The notes under the pieces are model-generated. The model was not told the origin of the DNA, searched no databases, and was given only the letters and a program-made list of their open reading frames with translations. Below, piece by piece: positions 1-12,772 of a stretch of DNA of 64,000 nt (its first letter is position 1; every line of letters begins with the position of its first letter). Source of the DNA: Laetmonice hystrix (lineage: Eukaryota); contig OZ249439.1 of the NCBI GenBank assembly GCA_965235115.1, positions 2,728,001 to 2,792,000 on the forward strand. The letters are read 5' to 3'. A program made the translations under genes and the position numbers.

Positions 1-5
1 GACAG
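1..5 (+). CDS. 3' end of an upstream exon of 4-TM gene 1 (probably the TM2 exon)
   Basis: The window opens GACAG|gtaagc, a consensus donor. It matches the paralog's TM2 exon end TAC CAG|gtaagt (35772), and phase 0 fits the next exon at 8965. Confidence 0.5.
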
Positions 6-422
6 GTAAGCGTTTACAGCAGTCGTTCGTTCCACAATCGATCTCGGGCAAACTTTCCCTTCTGTAGTACACCTTAGAGACAGTCAGCGTACAACGTTAT
101 ATAGTGCTCTTTGCTCTTCCTATAGTGCTGCCCCTATAATGTAAGCAGGTCACCCGGTGATGCTTCTATTCATAGGTGTGTCTTTGTGTGGCTGCCTTAA
201 ATGGATTTCCATTAGGCGTTGCCGGCTACAGAATTCTAACAGCTCGCGCGAACTGAGGGAGCCTGATCGAGAACAAAGGTTGTCGTTACGAGTAGAACGA
301 ATGGTAACATATAAACGGCAATGGTAAGAACACCCATTACTGAGGGTGCTAAGGAAACCTGCTATAGGTGAAGATCATCATCTTCACTAAGATCTTATCA
401 TTGATATTGATGACAACACTCT

Positions 423-518
423 CGTGTAGGTCGTGTAGCGTGTGTAGGTCGTGTAGCGTGTGTAGGTCGTGTAGCGTGTGTAGGTCGTGTAGCGTGTGTA
501 GGTCGTGTAGCGTGTGTA
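423..518. repeat. 18-bp tandem repeat x5
   Basis: gtaggtcgtgtagcgtgt. Confidence 0.9.
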
Positions 519-630
519 GAGGAAAGCCACATTGCTGGTTGTAAACGTGATCCTTTAACGTTTACAGATCGTATTATTTCACTAGCCTTGACTTATGGCG
601 AGTAAAGTTAGATCGTAGGCTCGTAGTCAG

Positions 631-692
631 GGGTGTGGGTGTGGGTGTGGGTGTGGGTGTGGGTGTGTGTGTGTGTGTGGGTGTGGGGGGGG
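631..692. repeat. (GGGTGT)n/(GT)n microsatellite
   Basis: Seen directly. Confidence 0.9.
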
Positions 693-1488
693 GGTCGGAC
701 CACTCATTTAAAAGGTCCACTTTTCCACCCAAACCACCCACCCCTGTGGAAGTCATGGGCAGGGACCTGGAGATAATGTGAAGAAATATGAAGAGTTATA
801 TTGTAGGGGATTGATAGTCTGAGATGGTTAACCATACATACATTCCATACATAAATCCCTGAAGATTTAGAGAGTAGAAAAATGTTGAGTACATTGAGTC
901 CAATTGGCGAACTCATTACAAACACTGACAAATCAACCCTTAACGAGGCCACTGGATGCCTCTTGTATTCGCCTCACTATCACCACACAAGTTCTTGAGA
1001 AAAAATCGAACAGACGCAGGTGGTGCACGCGTTCTCCTTAATGGCGTTTGTACCATTTCCGGTCTGAAATGTGACGTGTATCACGGTTATATTTTTGTGT
1101 GGCGGGGCTCTGCAGGCTCAGAAAATATCTTGAGGGGAATCATGTTGCAGCAGTTATTTAAGGAACATATTAATTATTTAAATTGCCTTGACACAGTACA
1201 GTTTGGGGCTGGTTGATAATGTGAGTGTGTAAATACCGATATGTTGGTTGGAGGTATTCTCAAGGCCACAGGTTATATTATTGATGTCTTCCCGAACTCT
1301 TGCAGACTTCTCGGCGCTAAGCTACGGTTCCCTGGCAGTGTACAGCATACATATAATCGTGTCCTTTGTCCTCCTGGCAGGGGCGAACTTGGTAAGTGTC
1401 TTTACCTCTAACAATTAGGCATGAGTATGTGGAGTGACTGCCAGCGTGACTTGTCTGTGTGCATGGTTTGGTTAGCACCGATAGTTGA

Positions 1489-3285
1489 TACGACCACCCC
1501 CACCCTTTCTCATGGGTCAGATTACAATACATACGACCAACCACCCTTTCCCATGGGCCAGATTACAGTACATACGACCAACCCCCCTTTCCCATGGGCC
1601 AGATTACAGTACATACGACCACCCCCCTTTCCCATAGGTCAGATTACAGTACATACGACCAACCCCCCTTTCCCATGGGCCAGATTACAGTACATACGAC
1701 CAACCCCCCTTTCCCATGGGTCAGATTACAGTACATACGACCAACCCCCCTTTTCCATGAGCCAGATTACAGTACATACGACCAACCCCCCTTTCCCATG
1801 GGTCAGATTACAGTACATACGACCAACCACCCTTTCCCATGGGTCAGATTACAGTACATACGACCAACCCCCCTTCCCCATGGGTCAGATTACAGTACAT
1901 ACGACCAACCCCCCTTTCCCATGGGTCAGATTACAGTACATACGACCACCCCCACCCTTTCCCATGGGTCAGATTACAGTACATATGACCAACCCCCCTG
2001 TCCCATGGGCCAGATTACAGTACATGTGACCAACCCCCCTGTCCCATGGGCCAGATTACAGTACATATGACCAACCCCCCCCCCTGTCCCATGGGCCAGA
2101 TTACAGTACATATGACCACCCCCCCTTTCCCATGGGTCAGATGACAGTACATACGACCACCCCCACCCTTTCCCATGGGTCAGATTACAGTACATACGAC
2201 CAACCCCCCTTTCCCATGGGCCAGATTACAGTACATATGACCACCCCCCTTTCCCATGGGTCAGATTACAGTACATACGACCAACCCCCCTTTCCCATGG
2301 GCCAGATTACAGTACATACGACCAACCCCCCTTTCCCATAGGTCAGATTACAGTACATACGACCACCCCCCTTTCCCATGGGTCAGATTACAGTACATAC
2401 GACCAACCCCCCTTTCCCATGGGTCAGATTACAGTACATACGACCAACCCCCCTTTCCCATGGGCCAGATTACAGTACATATGACCACCCCCCTTTCCCA
2501 TGGGTCAGATTACAGTACATACGACCAACCCCCCTTTCCCATGGGCCAGATTACAGTACATACGACCAACCCCCTTTCCCATGGGTCAGATTACAGTACA
2601 TACGACCACCCCCCTTTCCCATGGGTCAGATTACAGTACATACGACCAACCCCCCTTTCCCATGGGTCAGATTACAGTACATACGACCAACCCCCCTTTC
2701 CCATGGGCCAGATTACAGTACATACGACCAACCCCCCTTTCCCATGGGTCAGATTACAGTACATGCGACCACCCCCACCCTTTCCCATGGGTCAGATTAC
2801 AGTACATGCGACCAACCCCCTTTCCCATGGGCCAGATTACAGTACATACGACCAACCCCCCTTTCCTATGGGTCAGATTACAGTACATACGACCACCCCC
2901 ACCCTTTCCCATGGGTCAGATTACAGTACATACGACCAACCCCTTTCCCATGGGCCAGATTACAGTACATACGACCAACCCACCTTCCCATAGGTCAGAT
3001 TACAGTACATACGACCAACCCACCTTCCCATGGGTCAGATTACAGTACATACGACCAACCCCCCTTTCCCATGGGTCAGATTACAGTACATACGACCAAC
3101 CCCCCTTTCCCATGAGTCAGATTACAGTACATACGACCAACCCCCCTTTCCCATGGGTCAGATTACAGTACATACGACCAACCCCCCTTTCCCATGGGTC
3201 AGATTACAGTACATACGACCAACCCCCCTTTCCCATGGGCCAGATTACAGTACATACGACTCCCCCTTTACCCATGGGTCGGATT
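1489..3285. repeat. ~41-bp minisatellite, ~43 copies
   Basis: ttcccatgggtcagattacagtacatacgaccaaccccccct; explains ORFs 1421-3324. Confidence 0.95.
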
Positions 3286-3732
3286 AGGCTACAGCGAATT
3301 ACAAACCAACGCCAAAGTCAATGATCTTTGCCAGGGGTCGAAGTTAAACATTATGATGATAAATTACCGTTCCATTATGCACACGCCTGTTTTTTTTTTA
3401 AGATTAATGTTGACAAAAAGTATTGATTATTTTATGTCAGTACCATGCCATTAGTCTGGCATATTCACGTCGGTGGCCTTTGTATCACGACGCACGTTTT
3501 TGTAATCACTTCTTGTCCCATCCACGGTGGACGATCGTTAATTCGACAATGAAGACAGAGAATGAAGGATGTTTTTCGTGATCCCTCGTCCAGCTGCCCG
3601 GATGTAGGTGTGGAGTTATTGATATGGTACTTCCGGTTCGAAGATTCTTCTGACAGTAATCCACGATCAGGATGACGGGTTGTCACCCTCCACTCTATGG
3701 GCGATATACTGCTATAGATCAGGCCGCGGGAC

Positions 3733-4065
3733 ACGGTACGGGCCAGGGATCGGGGCTGGCGGTACGGGCCAGGGATCGGGGCCGGGGGGCGGGCCAGGGA
3801 TCGGGGCCGGGGGCGGGCGGTACGGGCCAGGGATCGGGGCCGGGGGCTGGCGGTACGGGCCAGGTATCGGGGCCGGGGGCTGGCGGTACGGACCAGAGAT
3901 CGGGGCCGGGGGAAGGGGCCGGGATCGGAGCCGGGGGACGAGGCCGGGATCGGGAGGGGGGGCTGGCGGTACGGGCCAGGGATCGGGGCCGGCGGTACGG
4001 GATCGGCGGGGGTTAATAAACGGCGGGAGGGAGAGGGAGAGGGAGAGGGAGAGGGAGAGGGAGAG
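3733..4065. repeat. GC-rich degenerate repeat plus (GGAGAG)n
   Basis: ggcggtacgggccagggatcggggcc units, then ggagag x6. Confidence 0.85.
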
Positions 4066-4899
4066 GTACGACTACCCGACTGAGTCGGTTGTTTTAATTG
4101 AATACCGGAATCTCCTTCACCCATGACGTGAATTCATGACCACCGTGACATAGGGCCCACCAACGTCATACGTCAAAACGGTAACCTCTGTCTTCCCGAA
4201 GGGACGCCGAGCCTCCGAGGGTGGTGGATGAACTATTGAAAAATGGCACCGACCATGACAGACTTCAAAGTGTTTAGGACTGATAACCCTTGGAGTTTCA
4301 GGGTTCAGACACCAAGGTTATAACGCCCCTGTGTTCATGTGAACTGCCCACCAAAGTCTTGCAGAGGTCTTCGGTAAAGAAGAGAGGAATCGACCTGACA
4401 TTGTAAAATGAGTCGGCGTCTACCCTCTGGGCCCAGCACGGCGCCGTTTTCTAACGTAATGGTTAAATTACCGCCCGACAACGACGGGGGGTTTTCAAGT
4501 GTACGCTTTAATTGTGTTTGCATGAGATTATCGTACATTAGTGCTATTAATACAGCTATGTCTGCTTGAGTTGTGGATTAATGGGTGTCTCACAGCCTGG
4601 CACTGTCGTCATCAGAGAGGCTAGTTAAAGGGATTTGTGAGACCAGCGAGTTCTGCGAACTGCTATAGCTTACCAGTCAGCCCCATTCCCACCCGAACAG
4701 TGCCAGTTTGTAGTCATTAAGGAAGTTTGGGGTCGATAACTGGATTATGAAAGCCAAGCTTAATGGCTTGAATTAATACACGATTGATCCAAGACAATCG
4801 TTGTAATTGGCAATAAAAGTAGGCGGGAGACGAGCAGCTTAGTGGAAGGCGAGTTTTCTCAGCATAACTCGATTGATAGCATTGGTACAATACGTCACG

Positions 4900-6630
4900 G
4901 TGAGAGTACCTACAATACGTGCTGGTACACCACGTCAGGGAGGCAGACTGAAGGCGTGATGGTGAGAGTACCTACAATACGTGCTGATACACCACGGCAG
5001 GGAGGCAGACTGAAGGCGTGATGGTGAGAGTACCTACAATACGTGCTGATACACCACGGCAGGGAGGCAGACTGAAGGCGTGATGGTGAGAGTACCTACA
5101 ATACGTTACCGCTGATACACCACGGCAGGGAGGCAGACTGAAGGCGTGATGGTGAGAGTACCTACAATACGTGCTGGTACACCACGGCAGGGAGGCAGAC
5201 TGAAGGCGTGATGGTGAGAGTACCTACAATACGTGCTGATACACCACGGCAGGGAGGCAGACTGAAGGCGTGATGGTGAGAGTACCTACAATACGTTACC
5301 GCTGATACACCACGGCAGGGAGGCAGACTGAAGGCGTGATGGTGAGAGTACCTACAATACGTTACCGCTGATACACCACGGCAGGGAGGCAGACTGAAGG
5401 CGTGATGGTGAGAGTACCTACAATACGTGCTGGTACACCACGGCAGGGAGGCAGACTGAAGGCGTGATGGTGAGAGTACCTACAATACGTGCTGATACAC
5501 CACGGCAGGGAGGCAGACTGAAGGCGTGATGGTGAGAGTACCTACAATACGTTACCGCTGATACACCACGGCAGGGAGGCAGACTGAAGGCGTGATGGTG
5601 AGAGTACCTACAATACGTTACCGCTGATACACCACGGCAGGGAGGGAGACTGAAGGCGTGATGGTGAGAGTACCTACAATACGTGCTGATACACCACGGC
5701 AGGGAGGCAGACTGAAGGCGTGATGGTGAGAGTACCTACAATACGTGCTGATACACCACGGCAGGGAGGGAGACTGAAGGCGTGATGGTGAGAGTACCTA
5801 CAATACGTGCTGATACACCACGGCAGGGAGGGAGACTGAAGGCGTGATGGTGAGAGTACCTACAATACGTGCTGATACACCACGGCAGGGAGGGAGACTG
5901 AAGGCGTGATGGTGAGAGTACCTACAATACGTTACCACTGATACACCACGGCAGGGAGGCAGACTGAAGGCGTGATGGTGAGAGTACCTACAATACGTTA
6001 CCACTGATACACCACGGCAGGGAGGCAGACTGAAGGCGTTATGGTGAGAGTACCTACAATACGTGCTGGTACACCACGGCAGGGAGGGAGACTGAAGGCG
6101 TGATGGTGAGAGTACCTACAATACGTGCTGGTACACCACGGCAGGGAGGGAGACTGAAGGCGTGATGGTGAGAGTACCTACAATACGTTACCACTGATAC
6201 ACCACGGCAGGGAGGGAGACTGAAGGCGTGATGGTGAGAGTACCTACAATACGTTACCACTGATACACCACGGCAGGGAGGGAGACTGAAGGCGTGATGG
6301 TGAGAGTACCTACAATACGTTACCGCTGATACACCACGGCAGGGAGGGAGACTGAAGGCGTGATGGTGAGAGTACCTACAATACGTTACCACTGATACAC
6401 CACGGCAGGGAGGGAGACTGAAGGCGTGATGGTGAGAGTACCTACAATACGTTACCACTGATACACCACGGCAGGGAGGGAGACTGAAGGCGTGATGGTG
6501 AGAGTACCTACAATACGTACCGCTGATACACCACGGCAGGGAGGCAGACTGAAGGCGTGATGGTGAGAGTACCTACAATACGTGATGATACACCACGGCA
6601 GGGAGGCAGACTCAAGGCGTGATGATGATA
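4900..6630. repeat. 62/66-bp minisatellite, ~27 copies
   Basis: gagagtacctacaatacgt(g/tacc)...ggcagggaggcagactgaaggcgtgatggt. Confidence 0.95.
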
Positions 6631-6834
6631 GTACCTTACACACAACTCAATCACGTAAACAATCGACTTGTTTGTCTCACGGCCCGGCTCGCTGAGCGCT
6701 GTCTGAATATTAATTACAATCTTCAATACATCACCAACTTAATAAGATTACACAACGATTGGAGCCACTCACGTGTGATCCACTCTCGTCCAATCACTAC
6801 TCACATCGTCCTCGCTCAGAAACAAAGGTGTTCA

Positions 6835-7515
6835 TCTGTTTATGAGACAGGGCATGGGGGTTATTTGGTTATGAGACAGGGCATGGGGGTTATTTGGTTA
6901 TGAGACAGGGCATGGGGGTTATTTGGTTATGAGACAGGGCATGGGGTTCATTTGTTTATGTGGCAGGGCATGGGGTTTATTTGTTTATGAGACAGGACAT
7001 GGGGTTCATTTGTTTATGAGACAGGGCATTGTGTTCATTTGTTTATGAGACAGGGCATGGGTTCATTTGTTTATGAGACAGGGCATGGGTTCATTTGTTT
7101 ATGTGACAGGGTATGGGTTCATTTGTTTATGAGACAGGGCATGGGGTTTAATTTTTTTATGTGGCAGGGCATGGGGTTCATTTGTTTATGAGACAGGGCA
7201 TGAGTTCATTTGTTTATGAGACAGGACATGAGTTCATTTGTTTATGAGACAGGACATGAGTTCATTTGTTTATGAGACAGGGCATGGGGTTCATTTGTTT
7301 ATGAGACAGGGCATGGGTTCATTTGTTTATGAGACAGGGCATGGGGTTCATTTGTTTATGAGACAGGGCATGGGGTTCATTTGTTTATGAGACAGGGCAT
7401 GGGGTTCATTTGTTTATGTGGCAGGGCATGGGGTTCATTTGTTTATGTGACAGGGCATGGGTTCATTTGTTTATGAGACATTGCCTGGTGTTCATTTGTT
7501 TATTAGACAGGGTAC
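6835..7515. repeat. 28-29-bp minisatellite
   Basis: ttatgagacagggcatggggttcatttgt. Confidence 0.92.
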
Positions 7516-8311
7516 CCGTGTAGTGTAACGCCATTGATCATCCTTCCCACTGTCCCCGAGTATAGCCGGACCAACTATCATTGATCAAATCTCGGTGTCA
7601 CTATAAAGCTCCCAATTCATAGATCGTATTTGATCTGAGTTAATTACTTCCGTAACGATTAACAAGACAAATATCTCCGTTCAGCGATAAGCACGACGTT
7701 ATATGATCCGCAATACGTCGGGCACAGAATGGGACATACATCATGTACGCCTCATTATTAGTCTCGTGATAAAACTATAGTCTGAGATAAAGCGTACATG
7801 AGACCAATTTACATTACAATGCCATGCACCGATCTCCTATTTAAGGAATACAGGCTTCATACTATTTTCCATATAGTTTTTGTTTCGTGATGCATGCGTT
7901 TTAGATAATAATAAAGTATGTGATGATTTGATATGTGCATATGTCATGAAAGCAGTGTATTTATGTGTAGAAAACATATTCACGCGACGGTTAATAAAGT
8001 GACAAAATGATAAGTGGAGCTTCCATGGAATCCGTAGGCCGGACTGTGGTATAGATTATATCAATATGATATCCAACTGTTTGCAGGGACAAAAACGCTT
8101 TGGCTAAGTGCATTATAAGAAGAGACACGTGTAGACCAAGTCAATGTTTGACTCGACCATCTCAGACGTCACTGTATATTTGTGGTCCGTGTACATGTGA
8201 CTGGTTCTCGCGAGATTGGAGAAATTCAGCACCTGGCTTAGGCCAGCCAATCAGAAGTCTGTTAGTTTACTTTACTCAAGTTGAGAATTTTTGAAAAACT
8301 GGGCTCAGGGC

Positions 8312-8530
8312 CCGAGTCGGATATCAACGAGATCATAGGGGTCCGTCTCAGAACCCCAGACCGAGTCGGATATCAACGAGATCATAGGGGTCCGTCTCAG
8401 AACCCCAGACCGAGTCGGATATAAACGCGATCATTGGGGTCCGTCTCAGAACCCCAGATCAAGTCGGATATAATCGCGATCATGGGGGGCCGTCTCAGAA
8501 CCCCAGATCAAGTCGGATATAAACGCGATT
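8312..8530. repeat. 49-bp tandem repeat, ~4.5 copies
   Basis: ccgagtcggatatcaacgagatcataggggtccgtctcagaaccccaga. Confidence 0.9.
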
Positions 8531-8553
8531 TGAGCATATATGTGTGTTTTATA

Positions 8554-8989
8554 TGGCACGTTGCTGAAGTCTGTGTTTGTGTGTTTGTGTGTAGGACCGG
8601 CGTGGCCCGTTCATACCGTTGCTGAAGTCTGTGTCTGTGTTTTTGTGTGTAGGACCGGCGTGGCACGTTCATACCGTTGCTGAAGCCTGTGTTTGTGTGT
8701 AGGACCGGCGTGGCACGTTCATACCGTTGCTGAAGTATGTGTTTGTGTGTTTGTGTGTAGGACCGGCGTGGCACGTTCATACCGTTGCTGAAGTCTGTGT
8801 TTGTGTGTAGGACCGGCGTGGCACGTTCATACCGTTGCTGAAGTCTGTGTTTGTGTGTAGGACCGGCGTGGCACGTTCATACCGTTGCTGAAGTCTGTGT
8901 GTTTGTGCGTAGGACCGGCGTGGCACGTTCATACCGTTGCTGAAGTCTGTGTGTTTGTGTGTAGGACCGGCGTGGCACGTTCATACCGT
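8554..8989 (+). repeat. 50-56-bp array spanning a splice acceptor, 8 copies
   Basis: gtgtgtag|gaccggcgtggcacgttcataccgt; the last copy is the start of exon 8965. Confidence 0.92.
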
Positions 8990-9072
8990 GGGTGGCGTGG
9001 ACGGTAGTCGTTATGTTCTACGAGGGCCTGGCTGTCATCCTCTATTTCTCCGCCTCCAAACACAAGCAAAAG
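8965..9072 (+). CDS. 4-TM gene 1 (LAPTM4/DUF7027-like), TM3 exon
   Basis: tgtgtgtag|GAC...AAG|gtacgt; 108 nt, phase 0-0; DRRGTFIPWVAWTVVVMFYEGLAVILYFSASKHKQK; aligns with the gene 2 exon DNKWLFGMWLVQTVV. Confidence 0.85.
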
Positions 9073-9334
9073 GTACGTACACAATTAGTGCTGACTTGTA
9101 AATGATATCGAATCCTTGCTGTGCTCTCACCCGTTTTATGTCTTTATAGCGAGTATAAAATTGTCGGCAAAGCGGCGACCTTTCATTCATTCACTCGGCG
9201 ACAAACGAAAACGAAAATGCCATTTCACATGTGGGATGTGTCGACATTATGGTTGGCATGACATCACAGCCGGCGTGATGAGCCGACTCGCACGCACCAC
9301 TAGTGTTCTCCTCATTAAAACGGTTGTTACATAT

Positions 9335-10754
9335 CTGTCGACATTATCTACAGAGTGTCGACATTATCTACAGAGGATTCCTTGGAGAGGCGCCACAGCG
9401 GAATGAGAGCTGAATTGTCGACATTATGTACATGTAACTACAGCGGATTACTTGGAGAGGCGCGACAGGGGAATGAGAGCTGAATTGTCGACATTATGTA
9501 CATGTAACTACAGCGGATTCCTTGGAGAGGCGCCACAGGGGAATGAGAGCTGAATTGTCGACATTATGTACATGTAACTACAGCGGATTCCTTGGAGAGG
9601 CGCCACAGGGGAATGAGAGCTGAATTGTCGACATTATGTACATGTAACTACAGCGGATTCCTTGGAGAGGCGCCACATGGGAATGAGAGCTGAATTGTCG
9701 ACATTATGTACATGTAACTACAGCGGATTCCTTGGAGAGGCGCCACAGCGGAATGAGAGCTGAATTGTCGACATTATGTACATGTAACTACAGCGGATTC
9801 CTTGGAGAGGCGCCACAGGGGAATGAGAGCTGAATTGTCGACATTATGTACATGTAACTACAGCGGATTCCTTGGAGAGGCGCCAGAGGGGAATGAGAGC
9901 TGAATTGTCGACATTATGTACAGGTAACTACAGAGGATTCCTTGGAGAGGCGCCACAGGGGAATGAGAGCTGAATTGTCGACATTATGTACATGTAACTA
10001 CAGCGGATTCCTTGGAGAGGCGCCACAGGGGAATGAGAGCTGAATTGTCGACATTATGTACGTGTAACTACAGCGGATTCCTTGGAGAGGCGCCACAGGG
10101 GAATGAGAGCTGTATTGTCGACATTATGTACATGTAACTATACAGCGGATTCCTTGGAGAGGCGCCACAGGGGAATGAGAGCTGAATTGTCGACATTATG
10201 TACATGTAACTACAGAGGATTCCTTGGAGAGGCGCGACAGGGGAATGAGAGCTGAATTGTCGACATTATGTACATGTAACTACAGAGGATTCCTTGGAGA
10301 GGCGCCACAGGGGAATGAGAGCTGAATTGTCGACATTATGTACAACTACAGCGGATTCCTTGGAGAGGCGCCACAGGGGAATGAGAGCTGTATTGTCGAC
10401 ATTATGTACATGTAACTACAGCGAATTCCTTGGAGAGGCGCCACAGGGGAATGAGAGCTGAATTGTCGACATTATGTACATGTAACTACAGCGGATTCCT
10501 TGGAGAGGCGCGACAGGGGAATGAGAGCTGAATTGTCGACATTATGTACATGTAACTATACAGCGGATTCCTTGGAGAGGCGCGACAGGGGAATGAGAGC
10601 TGAATTGTCGACATTATGTACATGTAACTACAGCGGATTCCTTGGAGAGGCGCCACAGGGGAATGAGAGCTGAATTGTCGACATTATGTACATGTAACTA
10701 CAGCGGATTCCTTGGAGAGGCGCCACAGGGGAATGAGAGCTGAATTGTCGACAT
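9335..10754. repeat. 70-bp minisatellite, ~20 copies
   Basis: tgaattgtcgacattatgtacatgtaactacagcggattccttggagaggcgccacaggggaatgagagc. Confidence 0.95.
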
Positions 10755-10817
10755 GGAAGTCCGAGGGAAAGGGTTGGCACATTATTGCAGAGGGGGGTTT
10801 GAGGGTTAAGGGCAATG

Positions 10818-11145
10818 ACAGGGGCAGAGACAGGGGCAGGGGCAGAGGCAGGGGCAGGGGCAGAGACAGGGGCAGAGGCAGAGCTAGGGGCAGAGGCAGG
10901 GGAAGGGGCAGGGGCAGAGCTAGGGGCAGAGCTAGGGACAGGGGCAGAGCTAGGGGCAGAGCTAGGGGCAGGGGCAGGGCCGGGGCAGGGGCAGAGCTAG
11001 GGGCAGAGCTAGGGGCAGAGCTAGGGGCAGGGGCAGGGGCAGGGGCAGGGGCAGGGGCAGAGCTAGGGGCAGAGGCAGGGGAAGGGGCAGGGGCAGAGCT
11101 AGGGGCAGAGGCAGGGGAAGGGGCAGGGGCAGAGCTAGGGGCAGG
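10818..11145. repeat. (GGGGCA)/(GAGCTA) G-rich repeat
   Basis: Seen directly; explains ORFs 10684-11247 and 10712-11176. Confidence 0.9.
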
Positions 11146-11475
11146 GATATGTTTTGCTACATGTTGGTACATGTAGATAATGATGAGAGCTCGAAGAGTG
11201 AGGAGGGGTGGGGTCGGACATATATATATCCAGGCTACCTGTACCATCTCACTTACAGGTCTGTAAACCTGTTCTTTATATTACTGTAACGGCTGGCGTT
11301 CATTGCTTTGATACAGGTTATAACAACAGCCTATCAGACCCAGGCATCCTCGATACTCTGCCATCCCGCCATTGATTTGTACGGTTGTACAATAGCAGAA
11401 GTCATTATAGTTTCACCGCTTTCCGACAGATGGCGGCAAGGGTCGTTCTGCATCCCGCCAGTCTCCGCCTGCTTC

Positions 11476-11612
11476 GATATTAACCAGTGTTTTTGCAGGA
11501 TTTTTGTAAGCCTGCTCCGATATTTTTAAACCAGTGTTTTTGTAGGATTTTTGTAAGCCTGCTCCGATATTAAACAGTGTTTTTGCAGGATTTATGTAAG
11601 CCTGGTCCGATA
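11476..11612. repeat. ~46-bp repeat x3
   Basis: aaccagtgtttttg(c/t)aggatttttgtaagcctgctccgatatt. Confidence 0.8.
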
Positions 11613-11647
11613 TTAATGACCCACTTATGTGTTTTTCTCTCTCTCAG

Positions 11648-11707
11648 GGTTTTCGGAGGTGGGATTTGTTCTGCTCACTTTTCTATGCCGGAAGAACAGC
11701 TATAAAT
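11648..11707 (+). CDS. 4-TM gene 1, 60-nt exon (start of TM4)
   Basis: ttttctctctctcag|GGT...AAT|gtaagt; GFRRWDLFCSLFYAGRTAIN; same length and phase as gene 2 exon 36901-36960 (ELPRWEIGILCYHSANVVIT). Confidence 0.85.
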
Positions 11708-11889
11708 GTAAGTAAAATTTAAGCTTGTTTTTATGATTTTAAAAGGTAATAAACATTTAGAAAAAGCTGTTGTGTGAAGAATATAGATGATATAGCAGAC
11801 TATTTGCATTTATCTTAAGAGGCAGCTCTTTCAAAGCAATCTGTAGATCTGTTTTTTCAGGCAGCCAGTTTCGGTGAGATCAGAATTGT

Positions 11890-12772
11890 ACCCCTTTCAA
11901 TAAACCCTCGGCCAGAGCTGGTGTTTGCCGGACTCACGCCCATGCCCCCTTTCAATAAACCCTCGGCTAGAGCTGGTGTTTGCCGGACTCACGCCCAGGC
12001 CCCCTTTCAATAAACCCTCGGCTAGAGCTGGTGTTTGCCGGACTCACGCCTAGGCCCCCTTTCAATAAACCCTCGGCTAGAGCTGGTGTTGCCGGACTCA
12101 CGCCCAGGAACGGCGGTTACCTTTCAATAAACCCTCGGCTAGAGATGGTGTTTGCCGGACTCACGCCCAGGCCCCCTTTCAATAAACCCTCGGCTAGAGC
12201 TGGTGTTTGCCGGACTCACGCCCAGGCCCCCTTTCAATAAACCCTCGGCTAGAGCTGGTGTTTGACGGACTCACGCCCAGGCCCCCTTTCAATAAACCCT
12301 CGGCTAGAGCTGGTGTTTGCCGGACTCACGCCCAGGCCCCCTTTCAATAAACCCTCGGCTAGAGCTGGTGTTTGCCGGACTCACGCCCAGGCCCCCTTTC
12401 AATAAACCCTCGGCTAGAGCTGGTGTTGCCGGACTCACGCCCAGGAACGGCGGTTACCTTTCAATAAACCCTCGGCTGGAGCTGGTGTTTGCTGGACTCA
12501 CGCCCAGGAACGGCGGTTACCTTTCAATAAACCCTCGGCTAGAGCTGGTGTTTGCCGGACTCACGCCCAGGCCCCCTTTCAATAAACCCTCGGCTAGAGC
12601 TGGTGTTTGCCGGACTCACGCCCAGGCCCCCTTTCAATAAACCCTCGGCTAGAGCTGGTGTTGCCGGACTCACGCCCAGGCCCCCTTTCAATAAACCCTC
12701 GGCTAGAGCTGGTGTTGCCGGACTCACGCCCAGGAACGGCGGTTACCTTTCAATAAACCCTCGGCTAGAGCT
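11890..12772. repeat. 55/61-bp minisatellite, ~16 copies, each with AATAAA
   Basis: ccccctttcaataaaccctcggctagagctggtgtttgccggactcacgcccagg. Confidence 0.95.

Noticed and set aside
1317-3454. Overlapping ORFs of up to 274 aa (MGQITVHTTNPPF...)
   Set aside because: Translations of the 41-bp minisatellite cycling through frames, inside a gene 1 intron.
3465-4126. Gly/Pro-rich ORFs resembling collagen or silk
   Set aside because: Produced by a GC-rich low-complexity repeat open on both strands; no splice or signal-peptide context.
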